Shown: positions 48,149 to 59,200 of the stretch, piece after piece
Position numbering within the stretch: position 1 is the first letter of the stretch
Layout of the letters: every line of letters starts with the position of its first letter
Assembly (NCBI GenBank): GCA_963818745.1
Contig: CAWFTI010000003.1
Location: 141,212-205,211, forward strand
From: Thermoplasmatota archaeon
GTDB taxonomy: Archaea > Thermoplasmatota > Thermoplasmata > UBA10834
Length of the DNA stretch: 64,000 nucleotides
Direction of reading: 5' to 3'
The notes under the pieces: model-generated
Databases searched by the model: none
Told to the model about the DNA's origin: nothing
Seen by the model: the letters and a program-made list of their open reading frames with translations, nothing else
Translations under genes and position numbers: made by a program

Positions 48149-48222
48149 TGGGGTAGGCCGGATTTGAACCGACGGTCACGTGGTCCCGAACCACGGATCA
48201 TACCAAGCTAGACCACTACCCC
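48149..48222 (-). tRNA. tRNA-Pro(CGG), no intron, no encoded CCA
   Basis: Reverse complement: acceptor GGGGTAG/CTACCCC; anticodon stem CGTGG/CCACG; loop TT-CGG-GA; T arm GTCGG-TTCAAAT-CCGGC; discriminator A. Confidence 0.85.
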
Positions 48223-48490
48223 ATCCGTGCTGGGCGGTGCAGGGATAGAATGGGGTCTTATTAATGTATAGTGCACGGCGGCGATGCGAAGGGTTACACA
48301 TCGCGTTCGATTGACTGCGCATACAGGGCATCAGCCTCTGAGAGCCCGTTGCGGGCACATCGGGAATCGCCGTGGGCAGAGACCATTATGACTGGCTTGG
48401 AGAAGGCAATGTGCCCGAGCCAGCACGGTTCGTCTTTTGCCGTTACCCCTATACGGCAACTATTTATATCGACAAGTTTCTCCGTCAACC

Positions 48491-49173
48491 ATGCGGGACC
48501 AGGTAAGGGAGAAGGTCGCAGGGGAGATATGCCTCTCCGACGAGCCTGGGAAGACCATCAGGAAGTGGAGAGAGCAGTTCAGGATCTCACAACAGGAGCT
48601 CTCGAGACATCTCGGCATCTCGCCGTCCGTGATAAGCGATTACGAGGCCGGACGCAGGAAGTCCCCGGGCATAGTGACGATCAGGAAGATCGTGGACGCG
48701 TTCCTGGAGATAGACGAGAAGACCGGGGGGAGCGTGCTCAAGCAGTACTCGCTCGCCGCGAAGACCGACTCGATCATCTCGATCAAGGAGTTCGCGCACG
48801 AGGTCCTGGCAACCGATCTCGTGGACAGGATAAGGGCGACAACCTCACGCCCGCGATATCCCTCGACAAGCACATCCACGGATACACGGTGATAGACAGC
48901 GTCCGGGCGATCACATCCCTGAGTTCCTTCGATTATCTGAAGATATACGGGTGGAGCAGCCAGAGGGCGCTCGTGTTCACCGGGGTAAGGTTCGGCAGGT
49001 CCCCGATGATCGCGATAAGGGCGCACCCGCTCAAGCCGGCCATGGTGGTTTACCAGAAGCCGGAGCAGGTGGACGAGCTCGCGATCAGGCTCGCCGAGCT
49101 CGAAGGGATACCGCTGATCAGGACCGAGCTGTCCGCGAGCGACCTGGTCGACAAGCTTCACTCACTTGGTTGA
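48491..49173 (+). pseudogene. XRE-family HTH regulator with a C-terminal domain (COG2522-like archaeal regulator); one frame break as written
   Basis: The HTH is IRKWREQFRISQQELSRHLGISPSVISDYEAGRRKSP. The C-terminal domain (DNLTPAISLDKHIHGYTVIDS...PLIRTELSASDLVDKLHSLG*) is reached by a hop at ~48833-48838, at a GGG run. Confidence 0.6.
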
Positions 49174-49191
49174 ACGAAAGGTGGAGTCTGA

Positions 49192-50244
49192 ATGAAGGTT
49201 GGAATTGTCAGCTACGGAGCGTATGTGCCACGCTACAGGATCACGCCCGACGAGATCGGGAAGGTCTGGGGAGTAGATGGGAAGGCCATGGGCAAGGGTC
49301 TGATGATATTCAGCAAGTCAGTACCTTCGCCGGACGAGGATACGATCACCATCGCGGTCGAGTCCGCGAGGAACATGATGCGGAGGTGCGACGTGCATCC
49401 CAAGGACATCGGGGCGCTATATGTCGGCTCCGAGTCGCACCCCTACGCGGTCAAGCCATCGGGGACCATCGTCGCGGAGGCGATCGAGGCGTCGCCGGAC
49501 CTGATGGTCGCGGACTTCGAGTTCGCGTGCAAGGCGGGGACCGCGGCGATCCAGACTTGCATGGGGCTCGTGGGCGCTGGCCTCGTCAAGTACGGCGTCG
49601 CGATAGGGGCGGACACATCGCAGGGAGCTCCCGGGGACGCCCTCGAGTACTCTGCGTCTGCGGGAGGCGCGGCGTTCCTGATTGGCTCGGAGAAGATCAT
49701 AGCGACGCTCGACCACACGTACTCATACACGACGGACACCCCCGACTTCTGGAGGCGGGAGGGGCAGATGTACCCCCGGCACGGGGGCAGGTTCACGGGA
49801 GAGCCGGCGTACTTCAAGCATGTCGTGAGCGGGGCGAAGGGCCTGATGGAGAGGAACAAGACGGCTCCGAAGGACTACACGTACGCCGTGTTCCACCAGC
49901 CGAACGGCAAGTTCCCCACGAGGGTGGCCAAGCAGCTGGGGTTCACGGACGACCAGATCAAGACGGGGTTGCTGGTGCCGCACATAGGCAACACCTACTC
50001 CGGCGCTGTCCCGCTCGGCCTGTCGGCCATCCTGGACGAGGCGAAGCCGGGGGACAGGATATTCGCGGTGGCCTACGGCTCGGGCGCCGGCTCGGACGCG
50101 TTCGACATCACCGTCACCGAGGAGATGAAGGACTTCCGGAGGGACAGGGCGCCGACCGTGAAGGAGCTCATCGCGAACCCGAAGTTCCTGGACTACGCGA
50201 CCTATGCGAAGTTCAGGGGCAAGATAATCCTGGGGAGTGAGTGA
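49192..50244 (+). CDS. Hydroxymethylglutaryl-CoA synthase (archaeal type)
   Basis: [17 protein letters not shown]..., the catalytic Cys region [11 protein letters not shown], and HQPNGKFP. It is the first gene of the HMGCS/thiolase/DUF35 operon. Confidence 0.9.
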   Translation: MKVGIVSYGAYVPRYRITPDEIGKVWGVDGKAMGKGLMIFSKSVPSPDEDTITIAVESARNMMRRCDVHPKDIGALYVGSESHPYAVKPSGTIVAEAIEASPDLMVADFEFACKAGTAAIQTCMGLVGAGLVKYGVAIGADTSQGAPGDALEYSASAGGAAFLIGSEKIIATLDHTYSYTTDTPDFWRREGQMYPRHGGRFTGEPAYFKHVVSGAKGLMERNKTAPKDYTYAVFHQPNGKFPTRVAKQLGFTDDQIKTGLLVPHIGNTYSGAVPLGLSAILDEAKPGDRIFAVAYGSGAGSDAFDITVTEEMKDFRRDRAPTVKELIANPKFLDYATYAKFRGKIILGSE

Positions 50245-51413
50245 CCATGAGGAGGGTTGCGATCATTGGCGTGGGCGACACGGAGTTCGGAGAGCTCTGG
50301 GACGCCTCGTTCAGGGAGATCGGGATCAAGGCCGGGCTCGCGGCGGTCGCGAGCGCGAACATCACCGCGGACAAGATAGACGCGGTCTACGTTGGCAACA
50401 TGTCCGCCGGACGGTTCATCGAGCAGGAGCACATAGGCGCCCTGATAGCCGATTACTCCGGCCTCGCGCGGGACCACATACCCGCAACGAGGATAGAGGC
50501 AGCAGGCGCCTCCGGAGGGCTCGCGCTCAGGCAGGGTTTCATGGCGGTCGCTTCGGGACTGCACGACATCGTCGTCGTCGGTGGAGCCGAGAAGATGACC
50601 GACGTGAGCGATGTCGAATCGGCGATGATACAGTCGTCTGCCGCGGACCAGGAGTGGGAGACGGTGCTGGGCGCGACATTCCCCGGCCTGCACGCGCTCA
50701 TCGCGCACAGGCACATGCACGAGCACGGCACGACCAGGGACCAGCTGGCGGATGTCGCAGTCAAGAACCACAAGAACGGTTCGTTGAACCCGAAGGCCCA
50801 GTTCCAGAGGGAGATCAAGCGGGAGACGGTCCTGGGGTCGCCCATGGTGGCGTCTCCCCTGCGCGTGTTCGACTGCGCGCCCAGCTCGGACGGGGCCGCG
50901 GCAGTGGTGCTGTGTCCCCTGGACCACGCGAAGAACTACACCGAAATGCCGATAGAGATAGTGGGGTCCGGCCAGGCGAGCGACACGCTCGCGCTCCACC
51001 ACAGGAAGGACATATGCACGATGGAGGCGACCAAGGTGGCGGCCGCGCGCGCGTTCAAGATGGCCGGTCTGTCGCAGAAGGACGTCGACATCGCCGAGGT
51101 CCATGACAACTTCACCATCAGCGAGATACTGGCGATCGAGGACCTGGGGTTCTTCAAGAAGGGCGAGGGCGGGAAGGCGACCGAGGAAGGCCGCACATCC
51201 CTCGTCGGGGAGATCGCCGTGAACACATCCGGCGGCCTCAAGGCCAGGGGAGACCCGATCGGCGCGACGGGCCTGGCCCAGGCCGTGGAGATCGTCACGC
51301 AGCTCAGGGGCGGCGCGGGCAAGAGGCAGGTCAAGGACGCATCCGTCGGTCTGACCCACAACGTGGGCGGCACCGGTGCGACCGTCGTGGTACACTTGTT
51401 CAGGAGGGTCTGA
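50241..51413 (+). CDS. Acetyl-CoA acetyltransferase (thiolase)
   Basis: [13 protein letters not shown]..., the active-site region [27 protein letters not shown], and THNVGGTG. The start overlaps the upstream stop. Confidence 0.9.
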   Translation: MTMRRVAIIGVGDTEFGELWDASFREIGIKAGLAAVASANITADKIDAVYVGNMSAGRFIEQEHIGALIADYSGLARDHIPATRIEAAGASGGLALRQGFMAVASGLHDIVVVGGAEKMTDVSDVESAMIQSSAADQEWETVLGATFPGLHALIAHRHMHEHGTTRDQLADVAVKNHKNGSLNPKAQFQREIKRETVLGSPMVASPLRVFDCAPSSDGAAAVVLCPLDHAKNYTEMPIEIVGSGQASDTLALHHRKDICTMEATKVAAARAFKMAGLSQKDVDIAEVHDNFTISEILAIEDLGFFKKGEGGKATEEGRTSLVGEIAVNTSGGLKARGDPIGATGLAQAVEIVTQLRGGAGKRQVKDASVGLTHNVGGTGATVVVHLFRRV

Positions 51414-51414
51414 C

Positions 51415-51831
51415 ATGGCAACGGCTCCGAGGTACTGGCGGGAGAACCCGAGCAGGTACAACATGTACGGGATCAAGTGCAACAGCTGCGGCAAGTGCTT
51501 CTTCCCCCCGAGGGTCATCTGCCCTGTGTGCCACAGGAAGAGCGTGGGCAAGATAGAGACGATCAAGCTCAAGGGCGAGGGGAGGATATTCTCGCTGTCG
51601 GAGGTGCACGAGGGCCTCGAGGAGTTGTCCCTGCAGCGGCCTTACGTGCTCGCGATGGTGGAGCTCGACGAGGGCCCGAAGGTCACCGGCCAGGTGATCG
51701 ACTGCGACCCGTGCGACATGAAGATAGGGACCAAGGTGAGGGTCACCATGCGCAAGCTGAGCGAGGAGGGCCCCTCGGGGGTCATACACTACGGATACAA
51801 GTTCATCCCCGTGCCCGAGAAGTCCCCCTGA
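51415..51831 (+). CDS. DUF35 OB-fold/zinc-ribbon protein (scaffold of the archaeal thiolase/HMGCS complex)
   Basis: Zn ribbon CNSCGKCFFPPRVICPVCH followed by an OB fold (YVLAMVELDEGPKVTGQV). It is the third gene of the operon. Confidence 0.85.
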   Translation: MATAPRYWRENPSRYNMYGIKCNSCGKCFFPPRVICPVCHRKSVGKIETIKLKGEGRIFSLSEVHEGLEELSLQRPYVLAMVELDEGPKVTGQVIDCDPCDMKIGTKVRVTMRKLSEEGPSGVIHYGYKFIPVPEKSP

Positions 51832-51895
51832 GTGCGAACGTTAAGTTCAGGTACGGATAGGCTTATTCGCCATCAACTCAGGTGCTGTGCTCTAG

Positions 51896-53449
51896 ATGAA
51901 CGGACCCGGACCAAGGAACCAAGAGACGGTGTCGATCGACGGGAGCAGTCTTAGCCTGGACCAGGTCGCCGCCGTCGCGCGAGGGAACGCCCCGGTGGCT
52001 CTGGCCCCGGATGCGAAGGACCGGATGGTCGGTGCCAGGAAGGCCCTGGAGAAGCTCGTGGAGGACGGCGCGACCATATACGCCGTGAACACAGGCGTGG
52101 GCGACCTCGTCGACCACAAGATACCCCCGCACGAGCTGAAGGCGCTCCAGGTCAACCTCCTCAGGAGCCACGCATGCGGTGTCGGGGACCCCTATCCGAA
52201 GGAGGTGGTCCGCGCGATGATGCTCCTCCGGGCGAACGCGCTCGCGAAGGGCTACTCGGGCGTCAGGCCGGACATCGTGGAGATGCTCGTCTCGATGCTG
52301 AACTCGGGCGTCCACCCGAAGGTCCCCAGGCAGGGGTCCGTCGGCGCGAGCGGAGACCTGACCATGCTCGCTCACCTCGGGCTGGTCCTCATAGGCGAGG
52401 GTGAGGCGGATGCCGGCAACGGGTTCGAACCCGGGTCAAAGGCCCTCGAGAAGAAGGCCCTGAGGCCCATGGCCCTCGAGCCGAAGGAGGCGATCTCGCT
52501 CATCAACGGCACTCAGGCGATGACCGCCCTCGGGTCATTGGCGGTCCAGGACGCGGCCAACCTCGCGGACAACGCCCAGATCGTCGCCGCGATGTCCCTC
52601 GAGGCCCTGAAGGGCACCTCGAGCGCCTTCGATATCAGGATATCCCAGGTCAGGCCCCACCCGGGCCAGCTGAGGGTGTCCAGGAACATGCTCTCGCTCC
52701 TCAAGGGATCCGAGATCGCCCTCTCGCACAAGCACTGCTCCAAGGTGCAGGACGCGTACTCCCTCAGGTGCATACCGCAGGTCATCGGGGCCAGCCTGCA
52801 GGCCATCTGGTGCGCGAAGGATGTCGTGGGGGTCGAGATCAACTCGGCCACCGACAACCCTCTGTTCTTCCCGGAGGACGGCACGGTCGTTTCGGGCGGC
52901 AACTTCCACGGACAGCCCGTGGCGCTGGTCATGGACTACCTCGGGCTCGCGGTCCACGAGCTCGGCAGCTACTCCGAGAGGAGGGTCGCGAGGCTGGTCG
53001 ACCACAAGCTGAGCGGGCTCCCCTCCTTCCTCACGAGCCACGTGGGCGTGAGCTCGGGCATGATGGTGCCTCAGTACGTCGCCGCGTCCCTGGTCTCGGA
53101 GAACAAGGTGCTCGTCCACCCTGCGTCCGCGGACTCGATCCCCACGAGCGCGAACCAGGAGGACCACAACAGCATGGGCACGATCGCAGCGTGGAAGGCG
53201 AGGGAGATAATCGGCAACGTCACGCGGGTGATGGCGATCGAACTCATGGCGGCTGCCCAGGGGCTGGACTTCATATCAACGGCCTCCAGCGCGCCCGTAG
53301 AGAGCGTGCGCCACGCGCTCCGCGCGCGGGTGACAAGACTCGAGGCCGACCGGTCGATGGCCGCGGACATAGAGACCATCTCCAGGATGATCTCGGAGGG
53401 CGTTTTCGTGCAGGCCGCGGCGCGCAACTGCGGCTTCGAGCGGACCTGA
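51896..53449 (+). CDS. hutH: Histidine ammonia-lyase
   Basis: 517-aa intact ORF with the MIO-forming GSVGASGDL motif, plus YAVNTGVGD and NQEDHNSMG. Confidence 0.92.
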   Translation: MNGPGPRNQETVSIDGSSLSLDQVAAVARGNAPVALAPDAKDRMVGARKALEKLVEDGATIYAVNTGVGDLVDHKIPPHELKALQVNLLRSHACGVGDPYPKEVVRAMMLLRANALAKGYSGVRPDIVEMLVSMLNSGVHPKVPRQGSVGASGDLTMLAHLGLVLIGEGEADAGNGFEPGSKALEKKALRPMALEPKEAISLINGTQAMTALGSLAVQDAANLADNAQIVAAMSLEALKGTSSAFDIRISQVRPHPGQLRVSRNMLSLLKGSEIALSHKHCSKVQDAYSLRCIPQVIGASLQAIWCAKDVVGVEINSATDNPLFFPEDGTVVSGGNFHGQPVALVMDYLGLAVHELGSYSERRVARLVDHKLSGLPSFLTSHVGVSSGMMVPQYVAASLVSENKVLVHPASADSIPTSANQEDHNSMGTIAAWKAREIIGNVTRVMAIELMAAAQGLDFISTASSAPVESVRHALRARVTRLEADRSMAADIETISRMISEGVFVQAAARNCGFERT

Positions 53450-53506
53450 GGCTCCGATACCTTGAACTTCTCCTATGCTCTTCCGAGTGACTCCGGAGGG
53501 TTTCTC

Positions 53507-54902
53507 TTGGAGGACCTAGCAAGGAAGACCATCGACCACGCGGTGAAGGTCAGGCGCACGGTTCGCAGACCTGAGGATGGAGTCGTCGACAGGAACGAAC
53601 ATCGTTGTCATGGACGGGAAGACGAAGACCGTGACCGCGCAGATCGAGGCAGGATGCGGGGTCAGGGCGTTCATCGGAGGGGCGTGGGGCTTCGCGGTGA
53701 CGAACGAGCTGTCCTTGGGTTCCCTCAAGACCGCCGCGGAATCCGCGGTGAAGATGGCCAAGGTCGCGCAGGCGAAGGCGAAGATCAAGTTCGACATCAA
53801 GGCTGGCAGATCGGTCGTCAAGACCGACGAGTACCCCTGCCGTGAGAAGCCCACCGAGATACCCGTCGAGGAGAAGCTCAAGTTCGTCCTGTCAAAGGAC
53901 AAGGCCATGCGGGCCCGGGACAAGCGGATCGTCAGCACCAACGCGAGGTACGACGACTTCGAAGGCGTCAGGGTCGTCGCGAACTCCTTCGGGACCGCGG
54001 TGACGACCAAGGAGACCTGGACATTGGGCGCGTGCAGCGCGTGGGCGAAGTCGGATGGCGTCATGCAGCGCGGGCACGCATCTGTGGGCAACGTCGGAGG
54101 GCACGAGCTGATGAGCACCGCAGATGCGGTGGGGCTGGGCGAGGAGGCGGCCGAGATGGCCATAAGGCTCCTAGATTCCAAACCGGTCCCTGCGGGCAAG
54201 TTCACGTGCATCCTCGACCAGAAGATGACCGGGCTCATGGCTCACGAGGCGTTCGGACACGCGTGCGAGGCGGATGCGATCCTCGCGGGCGCCTCGGTCC
54301 TCGAGGGTAGGGTCGGGGAGGTCGTTGCGAGCGAGGAGGTCAGCCTGATAGACGACCCGACGGTCGAGAGCACCTTCGGCTACTTCAAATACGACTGGGA
54401 GGGCGTCAAAGCCTCGAAGCACATGCTCATCGACAAAGGGGTCCTGAAAGGGTTCATGCACAACATCGAGACGAGCAGCAGGATGGGTTCGACGCCGAAC
54501 GGCTCATCGAGGGCCCAGGCGTTCAACAGTCCGCCCATCATCAGGATGAGCAACACCTATATCGGCGGAGGCAGCTGGAAGAAGGACGAGCTGATCGAGG
54601 AGCTCAAGGACGGGCTCCTGATACAGGGCGCCCAGTACGGCTATGTCGAACCCGCCAAAGGCCAGTTCATGTTCAAATGCGACGAGGCGTACGCCGTCAA
54701 GAACGGGGAGGTCGGGGAAAGGTATCGGGACGCCTCCCTGTCGGGCGTCATTCTGGAGGTCCTGAAGAATGTCAGAGGAGTCGCGAACGATTTCATCCTC
54801 GGGGACCCGGGCTACTGCGGCAAGGGCGGACAGAGCGCGAGGACGACCGACGGCGGACCGCACATATGCATATCGGATGTAGTCGTCGGAGGGTTGGCGT
54901 AG
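53507..54902 (+). pseudogene. tldD: TldD-family metalloprotease; one frame break near the 5' end as written
   Basis: HEAFGHACEAD (HExxxH-type motif), with GGSW...RMSNTYI and GKGGQS blocks. The N-terminus LEDLARKTIDHAVK lies in another frame from ..GARFADLRMESSTG.., with the join at ~53547-53553. The TTG at 53507 with GGAGGG upstream is a tentative start. Confidence 0.8.
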
Positions 54903-54910
54903 GAGGTGTC

Positions 54911-56266
54911 ATGATGGCGGAACTCATCTCAATCGCGGGCAAGGCAGTCAAGTCGGTGACGAAGCTCGGAGCGACACACTGCGACGTCCTGGTGACGAAC
55001 ACCAGGACCCTGTCGGCCGACATAGAGAAGGGGTCTGTGAAGCAGGCGAGCATGGCCAACGACCCCGGAGTTGCGATAAGGGCGTTCAGGAACGGGTCCT
55101 CCGGGTTCGCCTACTGCACGGGCCACGACGCTAAGTCGATCGATAGGGCCGCGTCCCTGGCGGCCTCTCAGGCGAAGGCTGGCACGCCGGATTCTGACTT
55201 CAAAGGCCTCCCGGAGAAGGCCACACCGGCCAAGGTGGGCGGGCTCTTCGAGCCCAAGGTCGCGGACCTGGGCTCCGACGATGTCGTGGGGATGGTGATG
55301 GAGCTCGCGGCGATCGCGGGGGACGACAAGAGGATATACTCGTCGAACGCGTCCGTGAACATATCGGTGTGCGAGGTCGCGCTGGCCAACAGCAACGGCA
55401 TCGAGATGACTCAGAAGATGTCCTCGCATGACATGGTGGCCGAGTCTGTCGCGAAGGACGGCTCTGACATGTTCTCGGGCTTCGATTTCTACTCGAGCAG
55501 GAGGTTCAACGCGGACGCGCTGCGTGAAGTGGGCGAGAGCGCGCGCGAGCACGCGATCAAGGGCCTGTCGCAGACGAAGATCGAGACCGGGGACTACCCG
55601 GTCGTGATGGACCCGCTGGCCCTGGGGTTCCTGCTGGCCAACGCCGTCGGCGCGGGGGTCAATGCGGACAGCGTCCAGAGGAAGAGGAGCTACCTCGCCG
55701 GGAAGCTCGGCGAGAAGGTCGGGGCGAGCCTCTTCAGCGTGACCGACGACCCCACAATCGAGTGGGCGGTCGGGAGCACGGCGTTCGACGGCGAGGGCAC
55801 TCCCGCGAGGAAGAAGGCGGTCATCGACAAGGGGAAGCTCAGCTCGTACCTCTATGACAGCTACACCGCTGGCAAGGACTCGGTCCGGAGCACCGGGAAC
55901 GCGTCGCGCGGGGGGTCCGCGTGGAGCTACAGGAGCCCGCCGTCCATATCGATATCCAACCTCGTGGTCCACGAGGGGAGATCCACGTTCGACCAGATGG
56001 TCCGCGAGACCAAGAACGGAGTCTACCTGAGGGCGACCTTCGACCACCCGAACCTGGCGACGGGCGAGTTCTCGGGGCTCATGATGGAGAGTTACAAGAT
56101 AGACGACGGAGAGATCGGTCCATCGATCCGCCAGGCTACGATAGGCGTGGGGCTCGTGGACATGTTCAACAGCGTCGACATGGTGGGCAAGGGGCACAAG
56201 GACTGCTTCGGGGTGAGGACCCCCGCGATAAGGATATCGAAGGCCAGGATAGGCGGGTCCGCCTAG
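54911..56266 (+). CDS. pmbA: PmbA/TldE-family protein
   Basis: Starts MMAELISIAGKAVK. It belongs to the same fold family as the upstream gene but lacks the HExxxH motif, and contains GNASRGG and GEFSG blocks. GGAGG lies upstream. Confidence 0.8.
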   Translation: MMAELISIAGKAVKSVTKLGATHCDVLVTNTRTLSADIEKGSVKQASMANDPGVAIRAFRNGSSGFAYCTGHDAKSIDRAASLAASQAKAGTPDSDFKGLPEKATPAKVGGLFEPKVADLGSDDVVGMVMELAAIAGDDKRIYSSNASVNISVCEVALANSNGIEMTQKMSSHDMVAESVAKDGSDMFSGFDFYSSRRFNADALREVGESAREHAIKGLSQTKIETGDYPVVMDPLALGFLLANAVGAGVNADSVQRKRSYLAGKLGEKVGASLFSVTDDPTIEWAVGSTAFDGEGTPARKKAVIDKGKLSSYLYDSYTAGKDSVRSTGNASRGGSAWSYRSPPSISISNLVVHEGRSTFDQMVRETKNGVYLRATFDHPNLATGEFSGLMMESYKIDDGEIGPSIRQATIGVGLVDMFNSVDMVGKGHKDCFGVRTPAIRISKARIGGSA

Positions 56267-59200
56267 AAGCTGTACTTCTGCCCGCAGACCGGGCACTGCC
56301 CGACCCTCTTCGCGCAGGCCAGGTGCAGCCGGTTGCCGCACCTGCACGCGACGATGTCGAACCCGGGCTTGATCCGTCCCTGGCAGGAGACGCACTTGGT
56401 CATCTCGGAGGCCCTGCTGAGCTTGAACGGGGGGCCCGGCGCGAATGCCGTCACCGTGCCCTCGACCTCGAAGGTCTGCAGCCTCCCGTCGGACTGCCTC
56501 TTGGCGGTGATGTTCGCCCTGATGGGGATGCTGCCCGTGCGCTTCGGGATGATGGTCGCTGTGAGCTCCTCCTCGGAGTCGGGCCTGAGGAGGTCCATGG
56601 CCGACACCTCGACCACTTCGAAGTCGCCTCCGATCTCCATCTGGATGTCCTTCGCCAGGGCCTTCCCGACGTTCTTGAGCCTGACCGTCACGACGCCCTC
56701 GGCGCCCTCCTGGAGCCCGGCGGTCGAGATGGTGCCTGTGATGTCCGGTGAATATGATTCTATCAACGTCTTCGCGGTGTCGAGCGCCTCGGCCACGAAC
56801 TCGATCGCGGAGTCGTAGTCCTTCTCCTTCTCTATGTCCGCGAGCGCCAGCAGCCTCTCCGACTCCCGGGTCGAGATGCCGAACCGCCTGAGGATCTCTA
56901 TCGCGCTCTCGGCAGCGATCGAGATGTCGGTGTACTTCTTGTGAGCATCCTCCATCGCGAGGATCTTCTGGTCGGCGTTCATCATGATCTGGAACGCGAC
57001 TCCGGAATCGCCGGCCTCGCTGGCCTGCTTCGCCTCTTCTATCATTTCCTCGACGGGCCTCACGGACGCCCCGAGGCGGGCGAGCGTATCGAGCCTGCCC
57101 CTCACGTCGCCTATGAGGCTGTTCATCTTCTTGCCGATCATGTCAAGGCATACGGTCCTGCACGCCTCGGCCTGCTGATAGGCGAAGTCCCAGAGCTTCT
57201 CCGAGAACGATGTGCTAGCGACCTCTAGGAGGTCCTCGCAGGCCTTCGTGTTTATGCCCATCGACTTCGCCCTCGAGATCATCTCCATGTTCTGGTTCAC
57301 CACATCCTTGATGGAGTTCTCGAAGAGATTCACCGCTTTCGCGGAGCATCTCCTCAGGGCTTCCCTGCATCTCCCGAACTCGTGGGATGAGATGTACTCC
57401 TGCGCCATGTCCAGCATCTCGTCGCATTCGGCGGTGTCTATCTTGACCTTCTTGAGCCTGTCGACCTGCTCCTTGACCGAGCTGAACTCTATCCTGGCGC
57501 TGTCGAGGTTCTCGCCCATCAGGTGCAGCTCGTCCCCGCTCTCGATGGATGCAGTCAGGGCTTCGACGAACTTGCCCTCCGCGAGGTACGACTCCGCTTT
57601 CCTCACGAGGTCCGCGACGAGCTGGTTCTTCGTGCCCTGGGCGAGCGCTTCCTCGTACTTCGCCCTGGCGGTCTCCACCGCCCTCGTGCCGACCTCGCGC
57701 TGGAGCTCGGCTCGCTCCATCTCGACCTCGCACTTCATGGCCAGCTTCAGGGAGTCCTTGTACCTCCCCTCGTTGAACGCCTGCAGCCCCTCGGCGACGT
57801 ATCTCTCGGCCATGCCAAGGGGAGCGCCTTCGGAGGAGGCTTTTTCGATTCTCTCCTTGAGCTTGTCGAGCGTGTCCAGGGTCCTGGACCTCGTGATCTC
57901 CGAGGATGCCTCCGAGGACTTCCTCGATAGTTCGAGTGCGATCGCGTATTGATGTCTCGTGAGCGCATCGACCGCCTGCTCCAAGAGCTCCCGTGCCCGC
58001 CCGACCTCCATGTCCAGGGTCTCCGCGTCCTTCAGGTTCCCCCTCGCGACGCGGATCTCCACGGCGGCCTGGGCGCTCAGGTTCTTCACATGGTCTATGT
58101 CGTCCTTCGCGGATTCGATGCACTTGATCGCTTCGATGAGGTCCCCGGACCTGGCCAGCTCCGATGCCTTCTCGGCCAGCTTCTCGGGGCCGAGGGTGTC
58201 GACCCCAACGTTCTTCGCGTCGGTCAGGAGCCTCTGCAGGTCCTTGATCATGTCGTTGATGGAATCGGTGACCGTTCGGCGAGCCTGCTCGTCGCACTGC
58301 TTCGCCCCTGCGAGAGCCTCCTCGTACATCTTCTTCTTCATGAGGTCCTTCGTGCGTGCGAGCTCCTCCTGGGCGGCCGAGGCGTCTATCCCGTGTGCCT
58401 GGGCCAGGTCTATGGTCTCCTTCGAGCTGAGTATGAACTTCGCTGCAAGGTACATCGCGAGGTTCCTCTCGGTCTCCTCCAGGAGCCCGGCCAACATCCT
58501 GTCGGCGTCTTCGAGGTCGCCGCTCGCGAATGTGTTCTTCGCAGCCTCAAGCTTCCGCGAGAGCGCGCTCGTGTCCGCCTTGGACCTTCCGGCCTCGGTG
58601 ATCAGTTCCTCCGCTCTCCGGATGTCCGATTTGACCTTGTCGTATCTGGCTATCTCGGCCTGGAGGGAGTTCTTCGTCTCGGTGATGATCCTGTGCGCCT
58701 CGGCGAAATCCTTCTCCTCCGACTTCGCCCTTGCCTCCTTGAGCGACAGCACGGTATCGTCGACGTCTATGCCGATCGCCTTCGCCTCTTCGATAGGGTC
58801 CTTGACGGCGGAGAACTCCGCCTGGACCGCTTTGAACATCGTCTCGTCGGCCTGCGAGATCAGGTCCTTCGCGCGCGCGCTCGCGTCCTCGAAGACCTTC
58901 TGCTCGAGCGCGCTCCTCGCCCGGGTCAGGAGTATCTGCAGGTCGGACGAGTCGACCCCCATCGCTGACATGGAGTCTATCTTCTGAGCGGCGGATGCCA
59001 GGAGCCTCTCGCTCTCCTCCATGCCGCTCGTCTCGATCTTCTTGGTGACCTCCTTCAGGGTCTCGTGCACCCGCTCGAACTCGAGCGACGCCACGTTCAC
59101 CCGGGCCTGCTCTATCAGCGTTGCGACCTCGGAGAGGTCCGCTTCGCCGGAGTATCCCTTGACGAACGTGTCTAGGCTAGTGATCCTGTCGCTCAGCACC

